The position numbers and the translations under genes were made by a program. The notes below the pieces were generated by a model, which saw only the letters and a program-made list of their open reading frames with translations, did no database searches and was not told where the DNA came from. From the IMG/VR virus record IMGVR_UViG_3300009169_000024, positions 1 to 62,874 of that record: 62,874 nt of DNA; one strand, given 5' to 3'. The DNA comes from a virus. Taxonomy: Duplodnaviria; Caudoviricetes. Position 1 is the first letter of the stretch, and each line of letters opens with the position of its first letter. Below, one piece after another: positions 54,685 through 62,797 of this stretch.

Positions 54685-54881
54685 GGCTTCTCCCATCCGA
54701 GGCGCTTCGAGGCTCCGACTGTGTCAGCACCCTTGGCCAGCTCAGCCATGCGCTCACTCCAGTAGGCTCCCGTCTCTCCCTCGAACCACGGGTCACCAGC
54801 CGGGGCGAAGCGCCAGTGCCGGAGCAACCCCTCGTATGAGAGGCTGTCGATGTGCTTCTTGTTCTTCTCAGTCAGGATCAT
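54681..54881 (-). CDS. hypothetical protein
   Basis: IDSLSYEGLLRHWRFAPAGDPWF motif; coupled. Confidence 0.7.
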   Translation of the reverse strand: MILTEKNKKHIDSLSYEGLLRHWRFAPAGDPWFEGETGAYWSERMAELAKGADTVGASKRLGWEKP

Positions 54882-55236
54882 CGTCTCCCTCCCTCTTCAT
54901 CTGCTCCCGCATCCAGCCGACCAGCCCGCCTCGGCTCTGCCAGTCCAGCACCTTCTCCTCGCTGCCCCAGCAGTCGGAAGGTGCGGAGTTGAACAGCCAT
55001 GCTGCCCACTCCCGCATGTGCTTGGTGTTCGAGTCATCGGCCTGGCCGTAAGCCTTGACCAGATTGTTCTCGAACAGGTAGGTCAGGAAGTGGCCCGCCG
55101 GGGTTCCGAACAGCACGTGCTCCAGCGCCCCATTCATGCAGTGGTTGCGGACGATGTGCTCAGACAGCCGCACCAGCATCCCATGGTCAGCCTTGTCGAA
55201 GTCCTCGATGGTCTTCACCTTGTCCCACTCGATCAT
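54868..55236 (-). CDS. conserved-looking phage hypothetical protein
   Basis: GHFLTYLFENNL..AD..N..APSDCWGSEEKV. Confidence 0.7.
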   Translation of the reverse strand: MIEWDKVKTIEDFDKADHGMLVRLSEHIVRNHCMNGALEHVLFGTPAGHFLTYLFENNLVKAYGQADDSNTKHMREWAAWLFNSAPSDCWGSEEKVLDWQSRGGLVGWMREQMKREGDDDPD

Positions 55237-55475
55237 GGCTTCACCTCCGTCGCCTCGTACACTGGGAATCCGATGGACTCTGGGGCGTTCGATCCGCCCG
55301 TCCGGTACACCATGATTCGATCCCTCCCTTCGGCATCCACGTCCAGGTAGACTCTCACGCCGATGCTCCAGCCCCGGAGGTGCGCCGTCAGCCCGGACTT
55401 CGCCGTGCCGCAACGGCTCGCCCCTTCCCCACTGGAGCCCTGTATCGCTCCGAAGAATCTCGCCATCTTTCTCAC
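55233..55475 (-). CDS. hypothetical protein ending EVKP
   Basis: MARFFGAIQG..GWSIGVRV..YRTGGSN; ends in a partial copy of the array junction repeat. Confidence 0.65.
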   Translation of the reverse strand: MRKMARFFGAIQGSSGEGASRCGTAKSGLTAHLRGWSIGVRVYLDVDAEGRDRIMVYRTGGSNAPESIGFPVYEATEVKP

Positions 55476-55690
55476 CCTCTTTCCTTCACGTCACGTCGCC
55501 AGTCATTGAGGGACGAGCAGCAGCCTTCGCCCATCGCCATGCCTTCATACACCAGCGGGATGTCAGCAAGCAGGCAGCGGTACTGCTGCCCGTCCCAATG
55601 CAGGGCCAGACATCTGCCGGAATCATCCGCTGCCCCGAAGCAACACGGTGCCTTCAGGCAGCAGTAGCCGCAGCCTACGCAGTCAGGCAT
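55472..55690 (-). CDS. Cys-rich protein (CxxCGxCC, YkgJ-like Zn/Fe-S)
   Basis: CVGCGYCC..PCC..CLAL..CL. Confidence 0.65.
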   Translation of the reverse strand: MPDCVGCGYCCLKAPCCFGAADDSGRCLALHWDGQQYRCLLADIPLVYEGMAMGEGCCSSLNDWRRDVKERG

Positions 55691-55919
55691 CGTCCTCTCC
55701 GTCTATCGACAGGTCGAACCATGCCTGCACCTCGGCAGCGCATGGCCCGTTGTCCCACAGGGCGCAGCCGCCGTGGCCGTTCTTGCATGGGAAGGCGTCT
55801 CCCTCGGTCACGTCGTCGATGTACCTCCTGGCATCCTCCTTCTTCCAGCCATGCCAGTGCTGGGTGGAATACCTCGACAGGGAGCCAGCTGCCACGTCGC
55901 CTGCCTTGTGCCATGTCAT
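55683..55919 (-). CDS. hypothetical protein
   Basis: Coupled ORF; FPCKNGHGGCA..GPC. Confidence 0.6.
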   Translation of the reverse strand: MTWHKAGDVAAGSLSRYSTQHWHGWKKEDARRYIDDVTEGDAFPCKNGHGGCALWDNGPCAAEVQAWFDLSIDGEDDA

Positions 55920-56278
55920 GCGCCCATCCTCCGCTCCGCTTCCTCGATGGAGCGAAGCTCGGCCATGTCCTGCAGGTAGCGTTCGTACATGCCTGCATGC
56001 TCAGGGTCGCTCTTGTACCAGCGATCCCAGTCGATCTCCCAGACCAGCCGCTCTCCCCTGCACTCGTGGCAGGTCACGTCGTAGACGCCTCGCATGTAGT
56101 CTTCGAGGAAGTCATCGCCAAGTTCAGCCATCTCGCTGGACGTGATGCCGTTGCCGTCGATAGCAGGGTTGGAATGCTCCCCCTTGCCCTGGCAGCGTGG
56201 GCAGACCCCCCAGTTCCCAGGGGGGTAAAGCTCAAGCTCTTCCTCGTCGGTGATGATGCGAACCATCGGATTGCGCAT
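55916..56278 (-). CDS. DnaJ-type zinc-finger protein
   Basis: VCPRCQGKG..YDVTCHECRG. Confidence 0.7.
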   Translation of the reverse strand: MRNPMVRIITDEEELELYPPGNWGVCPRCQGKGEHSNPAIDGNGITSSEMAELGDDFLEDYMRGVYDVTCHECRGERLVWEIDWDRWYKSDPEHAGMYERYLQDMAELRSIEEAERRMGA

Positions 56279-56286
56279 GGCTCCTC

Positions 56287-56451
56287 CTATTCCAGCAGCT
56301 TCTTGAGTGCGTCGGCCAGGTTGTTGGCATCCTGTACTGTGATCGCCACCGTGTAGTTGCCATCCTCATCCTCGACCATGAGTTCTCCGAAGGTGATGCC
56401 GAGAACGATGGTGATGCTGCCACCTTGCACGAGTTCGATTCTCTGCTCCAT
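56287..56451 (-). CDS. hypothetical protein (54 aa)
   Basis: ATG at 56451 with GGAG RBS. Confidence 0.55.
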   Translation of the reverse strand: MEQRIELVQGGSITIVLGITFGELMVEDEDGNYTVAITVQDANNLADALKKLLE

Positions 56452-56453
56452 GG

Positions 56454-56684
56454 CTACTCCCTCCCCGTGATCCAGATGATGGCGTGTTGGATCGGCTCCT
56501 TCCACTGCGGGAAGGCGATGCAGAAGGTGTTCTCGTAGAATTCCTCCGGCCAATCGCTGATCTCCAGCCTCAGATCGTTCTTCGCCTCGAATCTGCCAAC
56601 CTCCCAGCCGAAGTAGTAGTACGCCTGGTGGATGTTCTCGGTGCGGTGCGACACGCCGTCCTTGGTCCTGACGAAGTACACCAT
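56454..56684 (-). CDS. hypothetical protein
   Basis: Tightly packed ORF with RBS. Confidence 0.6.
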   Translation of the reverse strand: MVYFVRTKDGVSHRTENIHQAYYYFGWEVGRFEAKNDLRLEISDWPEEFYENTFCIAFPQWKEPIQHAIIWITGRE

Positions 56685-56687
56685 GGC

Positions 56688-56930
56688 TCAGTCCCTCCCG
56701 AATCCGAGCGGCAGGTCTGCCGCCGCCGCCTCCTCGATGATGTCTGACGCTTCATCGAGCGCCAGCTCCAGAACTGCATCGAGCTTCTCGACGAAGGGGC
56801 TGGAGTCCAGGTTCTCAGGGATGTTGTCCCTCCAATCCTGGTACTCGTCCCTCAGTTCTTGCAGTCTGCTGATCGCATCGGATGCCTCGATGCACGCCTT
56901 CTCCCAACGCTTCGCCCTGCTCTCAGCCAT
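56688..56930 (-). CDS. acidic hypothetical protein
   Basis: LQELRDEYQDWRDNIPENL..LPLGFGRD; RBS AAGGAGGT. Confidence 0.7.
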   Translation of the reverse strand: MAESRAKRWEKACIEASDAISRLQELRDEYQDWRDNIPENLDSSPFVEKLDAVLELALDEASDIIEEAAAADLPLGFGRD

Positions 56931-57216
56931 TCGACACCTCCTTCTCTGTTCGCAGCAGCAGATCCCTCGCCGCCTGCTTTTGCATGCACACCGCCTCAGC
57001 CAGGCTCAACCCACAGTTCCGGTGCTGGGCCAGGAACGAAATGGCCAGGCTATCCCACTGACGCAGCGAGATGTTGTTGAGGTGCTCGTCCTGCTCATAC
57101 AGGCGGCGCAGCGCCTCGACGTTCAGCACGTTGACATTCATCGGGCTCTTCTCGTTCCATGCCACGTGGTACTTCTCGTTGAGCGCCCGGTACTTGGCCT
57201 CAAACTCCGGCGTCAT
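56923..57216 (-). CDS. hypothetical protein
   Basis: DEHLNNISLRQWD..SLAEAVCMQKQAA; RBS AAGGAGGT. Confidence 0.7.
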   Translation of the reverse strand: MTPEFEAKYRALNEKYHVAWNEKSPMNVNVLNVEALRRLYEQDEHLNNISLRQWDSLAISFLAQHRNCGLSLAEAVCMQKQAARDLLLRTEKEVSNG

Positions 57217-57217
57217 G

Positions 57218-57463
57218 TCACACCTCCTTGCCTTCGGCCTTCGCCTTCTTGAACTGCTCGTCCCACAGATCGCAGAGGTCGATGGTCGCCATCTGTCCGA
57301 ACGCCTGGCCCATCAGAATCCAGAGGATGCGCTTCGCCGTGTCGTCCTTGATCGCATCCCCTCGCTTCTGCTCCCTCACGTAGTCGGCCAATCCCTGAGC
57401 GAAAGGGATCGGGTTGCACGGGAAGCACTCGCTGAACATCGCCAGCTCCAGGTCTGCTCTCAT
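57218..57463 (-). CDS. hypothetical protein
   Basis: RBS GGAGGTG. Confidence 0.65.
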   Translation of the reverse strand: MRADLELAMFSECFPCNPIPFAQGLADYVREQKRGDAIKDDTAKRILWILMGQAFGQMATIDLCDLWDEQFKKAKAEGKEV

Positions 57464-57478
57464 GCCTCACCTCCATGG

Positions 57479-57549
57479 GATTCAGTCTGCCTCGCAGTGG
57501 GAGAGAGAGGAGGTGCAGTGACCCTCTCCCATGCGAGGCAGAACGAATC
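57479..57549. repeat. long intergenic hairpin with an anti-RBS sequence in its loop
   Basis: tctgcctcgca-g-tgggagag / ctctccca-tgcgaggcaga. Confidence 0.8.
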
Positions 57550-57871
57550 ACACTGAGTTCTCTCGATCCATCCAGAGGTACGGGATGCGGTTCACCTCCG
57601 GCGAGAAGTAGCTGTTGCCGGTCTTGCATGTGAACAGGGCGACGACATCCGAGAAGGTGCGGAGCACGCACTTCATGTTGTTCCAGTCGTTGAAGATGTG
57701 AGTGCCGCACTCCCTCACAACCCAGAAGAATGTCTCGTCGTCATCCATCCCATGTACGGATGCCTTGTCATGCCGAGTGAAGTCTTCCTTGTAGTGCGTG
57801 GGCTGGCCGAGCTTCAGCACCTCGATGGTCATCAGTGCGTAGAGGTGATCGCGAACCTGCGGATGGCTCAT
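57548..57871 (-). CDS. hypothetical protein
   Basis: PTHYKEDF..HD..FFWVVRECGTH; TGATG overlap. Confidence 0.7.
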   Translation of the reverse strand: MSHPQVRDHLYALMTIEVLKLGQPTHYKEDFTRHDKASVHGMDDDETFFWVVRECGTHIFNDWNNMKCVLRTFSDVVALFTCKTGNSYFSPEVNRIPYLWMDRENSV

Positions 57872-58068
57872 CACTCCACCTCCAGCCCTTCGTTGAGCAG
57901 AACCTGAGCGACACCGGCAGCCATGCGATGATCGACGCAGAGCCGGTAGCGCCCCATCCACTGCCATCCCTCCGTCGCCAGCGTCTCGTCCATCACTCGC
58001 AGTGCGTCCTCGTTCTGCGCTTCGAACACGATGATCGACCCCTCGTTCTCAACCTTGATGTCACACAT
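57871..58068 (-). CDS. hypothetical protein
   Basis: VENEGSII..WQWMG..VDHR; RBS GGAGGAG. Confidence 0.7.
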   Translation of the reverse strand: MCDIKVENEGSIIVFEAQNEDALRVMDETLATEGWQWMGRYRLCVDHRMAAGVAQVLLNEGLEVE

Positions 58069-58303
58069 CCTGCTCCTCCTCCTTCATGCCTGGTCCGGGT
58101 GTCATCTTCAGGAAGGTGAGGTTGCCCTTCTTGTCCCAGTCTGCCCACACCGTGGCGACCATCACTCCCTGCCGGTAGAGAATCCATCGGTGCTTGCCCT
58201 GCATGGGGCGGTACTCACGCTGGTAGTATTGCGGCTGGCCCTTGGTCAGCGAGTCGAACAGCTTCCGCAACTGTCGCCGTACTCTCTCCGGCATGTTCAG
58301 CAT
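58061..58303 (-). CDS. hypothetical protein
   Basis: ATG at 58303 just downstream of a hairpin. Confidence 0.55.
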   Translation of the reverse strand: MLNMPERVRRQLRKLFDSLTKGQPQYYQREYRPMQGKHRWILYRQGVMVATVWADWDKKGNLTFLKMTPGPGMKEEEQDV

Positions 58304-58308
58304 GGCCT

Positions 58309-58373
58309 CTCCCCTCTTTTCTTTCGTCACAAAGTTACGAAAGAAAAGAGGGGAGGAGTCGCCTCCTCCCCTC
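58309..58373. repeat. 19-bp perfect hairpin with an overlapping alternative 11-bp hairpin
   Basis: ctcccctcttttctttcgt/acgaaagaaaagaggggag; gaggggaggag/ctcctcccctc. Confidence 0.9.
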
Positions 58374-58378
58374 GTCGA

Positions 58379-58630
58379 TCATCCCCAGTTCTGCAGCCTG
58401 CGGATGAAGCAGTCGCTGCCATGATCGACGTGCCGGATGTTGTACTCGATGCCTCGCTCCTTCAGCACGTCGATGAACAGAGCGGCATCGCAGTCCTCTT
58501 CGAGGAAGACGGCGTTGCCATCCACGTAGCTGAAGCCCGATGGCTTGACGCCGTAGGTCTCCATCATGCGCCGGTCCACTTGGAGCCAGCCATGGCCGGG
58601 GTCGGAATGGAAGGTGAGGGTGAGCATCAT
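58379..58630 (-). CDS. conserved-looking hypothetical protein
   Basis: FHSDPGHGWLQV..SY..FLEEDCDA. Confidence 0.75.
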   Translation of the reverse strand: MMLTLTFHSDPGHGWLQVDRRMMETYGVKPSGFSYVDGNAVFLEEDCDAALFIDVLKERGIEYNIRHVDHGSDCFIRRLQNWG

Positions 58631-58863
58631 GGCGCTCCCGCTTCCTGCCTGTCGAGCCTCGCCTCTTCCATGAGTCTCGCTTCCTCATTCTCGGAGAGCG
58701 AGATCAAGGTATTGGCGTGGGTCTTGATGGCCTCTGCTTCAGCGATGATGGCTGAGCAGTCATCCTCGATCAGGCCAGGCCCTGCGTCGAGGATGTCATG
58801 GATCTCGTCCACGCATCGACGCAACCGCCGGGCCTCTGTCCGCAGTCCGCTCTTCGCGCTCAT
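58627..58863 (-). CDS. hypothetical protein
   Basis: Coupled ORF. Confidence 0.6.
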   Translation of the reverse strand: MSAKSGLRTEARRLRRCVDEIHDILDAGPGLIEDDCSAIIAEAEAIKTHANTLISLSENEEARLMEEARLDRQEAGAP

Positions 58864-59528
58864 TACTTCACCCTCCCTTGGTATGCAGCCTTCACGACGG
58901 CGACCGTGTCATAGTCCTTGGGCGCAGCGTCTGCCACGCGCAGCGGCATGAGCAGCCCGACCAGTTCACCATCCACCTGGAGCTGGATAGGCGCAGCCAC
59001 GTCATGTCGCTTGCACCAATACTCGACGCCAGGGATGAGGTACTCGATCAGCTTCGCCTTGCTCGGGTCGATGGGAACAGGCGGGTCGATCATGCCAGGC
59101 GACGTGAGCAGCACGGCCATCGCCTTGCCAACGCAGACGTTGATCCACTCATCCCTGGTTCCACGCCACAGTTCCGACTTGTCGTTCTTGGCGTTGTCGA
59201 AGATGCGCTCGATACCTTCGAGCCTGACCTTGCCGTTTGCCGCCCCTTCAGTCATGCTCTTGTACGGCGGCTTGCGTTGCAGCGCCGATGCCTTGAGCAG
59301 GATGGTGCCGTCGGTGTACCACCCGCTGCCAGCCGGGGCAGCGTTCCCATCCTGACTCCATGCCTTCCACTTGTCACGCTTGAACTCAGTGAAGCTGATG
59401 CCTGGCTTCGACTCCCGCTCCTCCTCCTGCTCCACCACCTGCGGTGCCGTCGGTTCGTTCGCCATGCCGAGCATCTGCTGCATGCTGCGGATGTCGTTGT
59501 CGATCTGCGCCAGCAATGCCTCACTCAT
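58863..59528 (-). CDS. hypothetical protein, possibly a degenerate sliding-clamp-like domain
   Basis: YTDGTILL and LVGLLMPLR echo the beta-clamp ATDG/LIMP motifs; RBS AAGGAGG. Confidence 0.6.
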   Translation of the reverse strand: MSEALLAQIDNDIRSMQQMLGMANEPTAPQVVEQEEERESKPGISFTEFKRDKWKAWSQDGNAAPAGSGWYTDGTILLKASALQRKPPYKSMTEGAANGKVRLEGIERIFDNAKNDKSELWRGTRDEWINVCVGKAMAVLLTSPGMIDPPVPIDPSKAKLIEYLIPGVEYWCKRHDVAAPIQLQVDGELVGLLMPLRVADAAPKDYDTVAVVKAAYQGRVK

Positions 59529-59874
59529 TCGATGCCTCCTTGTCCAGCCGATCCATGTCGAGCATGGTCATGTCGTCGAGCCGTCCGTACTCTGCGTAGT
59601 AGACGCAGTCATCGCACACTTCGTAGCCATCCTGCGCTTGCTTCTCGGCCTCGTTCCATCCAGCGCACAGCGTCCTGTTGCCGCCGAGGTATGAGCCGCA
59701 GCATGAGCAGCCAGCGCTTGAGAAGTAGGGCTCTCCATAGATGGAGTCGGGGTCATCCTGTGCGCCGAGGTTGCGGAGCCCTTCCTTCTCGAAGAAGTCT
59801 GCGACTCGCCGCTCATACTCGGCGTACCACTTCGAGTTGCGAGGCATGTCGTCCCACTCATGTGTGTCCATCAC
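59521..59874 (-). CDS. Cys-containing hypothetical protein
   Basis: EPYFS..CSCCGSYLGGNR..VCDDCVYYAEYG. Confidence 0.7.
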   Translation of the reverse strand: MMDTHEWDDMPRNSKWYAEYERRVADFFEKEGLRNLGAQDDPDSIYGEPYFSSAGCSCCGSYLGGNRTLCAGWNEAEKQAQDGYEVCDDCVYYAEYGRLDDMTMLDMDRLDKEASNE

Positions 59875-60281
59875 TCGCCTCCCATGTCTGGGATGTGGCC
59901 GAACACTGCGTTGTAGACGCCCGGCTCAATCGCTGCCTTCCTGTACCTGAGCGTCCTCGCCAGCATGTCCTCGTTGGTGATGACCTTGCCGACAGCCTCC
60001 TCCTTCAGCACCACCCACCTGCCAGTGGGATAGGCACCGTTCGCCATGGGAGGCAGGCCAGTGTGGTTCGGGGTGTCCGTCGCCTCGAAGAACTGGATGC
60101 CCTGCGCCATCTGCTCTGCGCACTTGGCGCATGGCTCGTAGCTGACGCATGCCCGGCGTGGTGCCTCGGCGTCGTCCTTCAGCCTGCCCAGCAGCAGCAC
60201 CGTGCCATCGTCCTCGCCGCACCAGAAGCACACTCCGAGCGATGGGTTCACGCCGTGCTTTTGTGACAGTCGGATGCTCAT
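59871..60281 (-). CDS. conserved-looking phage hypothetical protein
   Basis: LSQKHGVNPSLGVCFWCG..YEPCAKC..PTGRWVV. Confidence 0.75.
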   Translation of the reverse strand: MSIRLSQKHGVNPSLGVCFWCGEDDGTVLLLGRLKDDAEAPRRACVSYEPCAKCAEQMAQGIQFFEATDTPNHTGLPPMANGAYPTGRWVVLKEEAVGKVITNEDMLARTLRYRKAAIEPGVYNAVFGHIPDMGGE

Positions 60282-60502
60282 GGCTTGCCTCCTTCTTTCG
60301 GCAGCGTCGGGATGCTGAGATGCCCGCAGTCGTTGCCCTCCTGGTCACTGTCCACCCACACCACCACGCCACCACCCTTCATGCCTGGCTTGGTGAGCAC
60401 CAGCCCGAAGGACTCACCGCTCGGCGTGAGTACCGAATCCGCAATGGTGTAGCCGATCAGCTTCTTCGCCTGCTCCGCTTCCCACTCGGCGTTGTGGCTC
60501 AT
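60278..60502 (-). CDS. hypothetical protein
   Basis: WVDSDQEGNDCGHL; RBS GGAGGTG. Confidence 0.7.
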   Translation of the reverse strand: MSHNAEWEAEQAKKLIGYTIADSVLTPSGESFGLVLTKPGMKGGGVVVWVDSDQEGNDCGHLSIPTLPKEGGKP

Positions 60503-60505
60503 GGC

Positions 60506-60796
60506 TCACCTCCCATCCAGCAGGCCGAGTTGCTCAGCAGCGTAGGCGATACCACCTTCGATGAAGGGAGCGGCGAGACGGATGAATTCGTTGAAGGTTC
60601 CGTCCTCAATCTCCGAGTGGAGGAATGCCTCCTCCAACCTTGACGCTGCCAGCCTGCCGTTCTCGTGGCTACGCAGAGCGACGGCGACAATGCAGTAGAT
60701 GACACCCATCATCGGCTCGTCTCCATCCTCACGGCAGTAGCTGTCGATGTTGCGCTTGTCGAGTTCGCCTCGGAGCATGTGGATGAAGTCGCTCAT
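60506..60796 (-). CDS. hypothetical protein
   Basis: RBS AAGGAGG; ATGA overlap. Confidence 0.65.
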   Translation of the reverse strand: MSDFIHMLRGELDKRNIDSYCREDGDEPMMGVIYCIVAVALRSHENGRLAASRLEEAFLHSEIEDGTFNEFIRLAAPFIEGGIAYAAEQLGLLDGR

Positions 60797-61032
60797 GTCC
60801 CCTCCTTCACGTCTGCTCTCCAGCCATCCGGCGCTTTGATCTTCTCGATCTCAGCGAACAGCGGGAACAGGCTGTCCCTCAAGTAGCGCATGTCTGAGAT
60901 GTTGCTCTCCTCCCTGTGCGGTGGCTGAACCTCCATCATCGTGTCGATGGCAACGCACAGCGCCTGCCCCATGATGTACTGACCCCTCATCGAGTTGAGA
61001 AACCGGATCGCCGCTTCCCGAGTCTCGTCCAT
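60793..61032 (-). CDS. hypothetical protein
   Basis: ATG at 61032, RBS AAAGGAGG; SMRGQYIMGQAL..SNISDM. Confidence 0.7.
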   Translation of the reverse strand: MDETREAAIRFLNSMRGQYIMGQALCVAIDTMMEVQPPHREESNISDMRYLRDSLFPLFAEIEKIKAPDGWRADVKEGT

Positions 61033-61044
61033 GCTGCGCCTCCT

Positions 61045-61109
61045 TTCCCTTCCCTTATCGCTCTCACAAAGTGTGAGCGATAAGGGAAGGGAAGGCCGTC
61101 GCCTTCCCT
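61045..61109. repeat. 19-bp perfect hairpin with an overlapping alternative 9-bp hairpin
   Basis: ttcccttcccttatcgctc/gagcgataagggaagggaa; agggaaggc/gccttccct. Confidence 0.9.
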
Positions 61110-61116
61110 CCATGCC

Positions 61117-61413
61117 TCACTCCTTCTCAATGTATATCCAGTCGAGGCACTCATGGCAGTAGCCATGATCTGCGATGTGCGTCTTGGCAGCAGCCCCAGT
61201 ATCCACACTGTGGCAGCGAGGACACTCAACCTCCTCCGGGTTGTCCTCTGCCACGTCGAGCATGGCATCGAGCAGATGGATGACGCCTTCAAGCGCCAGC
61301 CATGACTCGCCACCCTGGACGAAGATGCGCTCCAGTTCCAGCAATGCATCCCGCTGCTCCCTGAGCAGGGCAACGTCCACGTTCGGCACGGTGATGGTGA
61401 TGCCTTCACTCAT
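61117..61413 (-). CDS. hypothetical protein with C-terminal zinc finger
   Basis: VDVALLREQRDALL..LEGVIHLLD; CPRC..CHEC. Confidence 0.65.
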   Translation of the reverse strand: MSEGITITVPNVDVALLREQRDALLELERIFVQGGESWLALEGVIHLLDAMLDVAEDNPEEVECPRCHSVDTGAAAKTHIADHGYCHECLDWIYIEKE

Positions 61414-62170
61414 AGTGGGGCCTCCTCGTCGGGTATCCCTGCCCAGGCTGGAGCTGGATGCGTACCCTGTACTCGCCGTCGCTGTTGGTGTGGTACATGG
61501 ATGGCCGACCCTCGTTGCTGAACTCGCCGCCCTCCAGGAATCGGGCCAGCATGTACGCATCCTGCAGGCATGACACTGGGTACACCCGCTCGATGCTGCC
61601 CACTATGTACCACCAGCCGCCCTCCTCCGGCCCGCCGTATGCCTGGTCCTCCAGGTAGACGTTGACGAACAGCTGAGTCACGCCGTCAGCCATCCGCTCG
61701 GCGCACTCGGGACACAGCGTCACTCGCAATGGCTCGGCATCCATCGGCAGCGCCTTGCTGTACACCTCCCAGGCATGGAAGGTGGGGGTGCCATCGTCGA
61801 GGAAGTAGTCCAGCCAGTCGAACTCTCCGTCGCCCGGCTCCTCCTTGTCATCGGGCCGCTCCTTCAGGCATGCCTCGCAGATGTCGTGCCGCATCATGTG
61901 AGGCATCGAGTACATCAAGTGCCGCTCCCCGATCTTCTCGATCCAGTGCGCAGGCTCGGACTCGATGTCATCGAGCACCACCTCGTTGGCGAATGCCAAC
62001 AGGTTCAGCGCCCCGCTCTCATCCCTGTAGCCCGCCGCTGCCTCGCCGTCGTACCGGATCTCATGCCATGTCTGGCATGCCTGGCACCACCACTCGACCA
62101 CCGTGTCCATGGTGCCGTCGTCGCACAGCCGCACATCCTGGACACCAACCTTGACCTGGTCAATCCTCAT
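61406..62170 (-). CDS. multi-module hypothetical protein (254 aa)
   Basis: LCDDGTMDTV N-terminal module; VYLEDQAYGGPEEGGWWY..RPHYE C-terminal module. Confidence 0.7.
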   Translation of the reverse strand: MRIDQVKVGVQDVRLCDDGTMDTVVEWWCQACQTWHEIRYDGEAAAGYRDESGALNLLAFANEVVLDDIESEPAHWIEKIGERHLMYSMPHMMRHDICEACLKERPDDKEEPGDGEFDWLDYFLDDGTPTFHAWEVYSKALPMDAEPLRVTLCPECAERMADGVTQLFVNVYLEDQAYGGPEEGGWWYIVGSIERVYPVSCLQDAYMLARFLEGGEFSNEGRPSMYHTNSDGEYRVRIQLQPGQGYPTRRPHYE

Positions 62171-62399
62171 GACTCACCTCCACAGCAGAGTCGATTCGCT
62201 CCGTGATGTCGATGATGACGAAGCGCAACAGCCGATGCTTGTCCGCCCACTCCCTGTTCATGCGATCCACGCCCGACGCCATGTCTCGGCAGTACCCGAG
62301 ATCCGCAGCCTTGCATGACAGGTCGAGCCACTCCTCGTCCGGGTCGAACGGCATGCCTCGCACTGGACACCACATGGACAGGCTCAGGGGCTCAGGCAT
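62160..62399 (-). CDS. hypothetical protein
   Basis: Coupled ORF with GGAGG RBS. Confidence 0.6.
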   Translation of the reverse strand: MPEPLSLSMWCPVRGMPFDPDEEWLDLSCKAADLGYCRDMASGVDRMNREWADKHRLLRFVIIDITERIDSAVEVSHED

Positions 62400-62625
62400 T
62401 GCTCGCCTCCCTCTCGACCGCCTTCTCCAGACATGAGGCGGCGTACTCCAGCCGCTTGCACAGATCCTCCAGACTGACGATGGTCTGCCGAATCATCGCC
62501 ACCTTCACGCTGCCATGGAAAGAGCCGACCGAAGTCAGCATCTCGCGCACCCGTTGCAGGTTGTCCTTGCCGTTCGCCGCCGCCGAGTCAGCCCGCTCCT
62601 CATAGACATCAGTCGATCCGCTCAT
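62392..62625 (-). CDS. hypothetical protein
   Basis: ATG at 62625 with GGAGGAGGTG RBS. Confidence 0.6.
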   Translation of the reverse strand: MSGSTDVYEERADSAAANGKDNLQRVREMLTSVGSFHGSVKVAMIRQTIVSLEDLCKRLEYAASCLEKAVEREASNA

Positions 62626-62797
62626 CGAACACCTCCTCCAATTCCTCGAAGTCAGGGTCGCCATACTCGCTCGGCATCTCGACGCCACAGTGACCGCACC
62701 ATTCGGGCGGACCCTCCCAGTAGACATCGCATCCCACGATGTTCCACTGCGGGTCGCTCCTCTCATGCCTGACCTCCAGTCGATCCGTCCCTTCGGT
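62609..62797 (-). pseudogene. coding-like frame bounded upstream by TGA, with no clear start
   Basis: ERSDPQWNIVGCDVYWEGPPEWCGHCGVEMPSEYGDP reads as protein; TGA at 62798-62800 lies between two 13-bp direct repeats. Confidence 0.4.
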
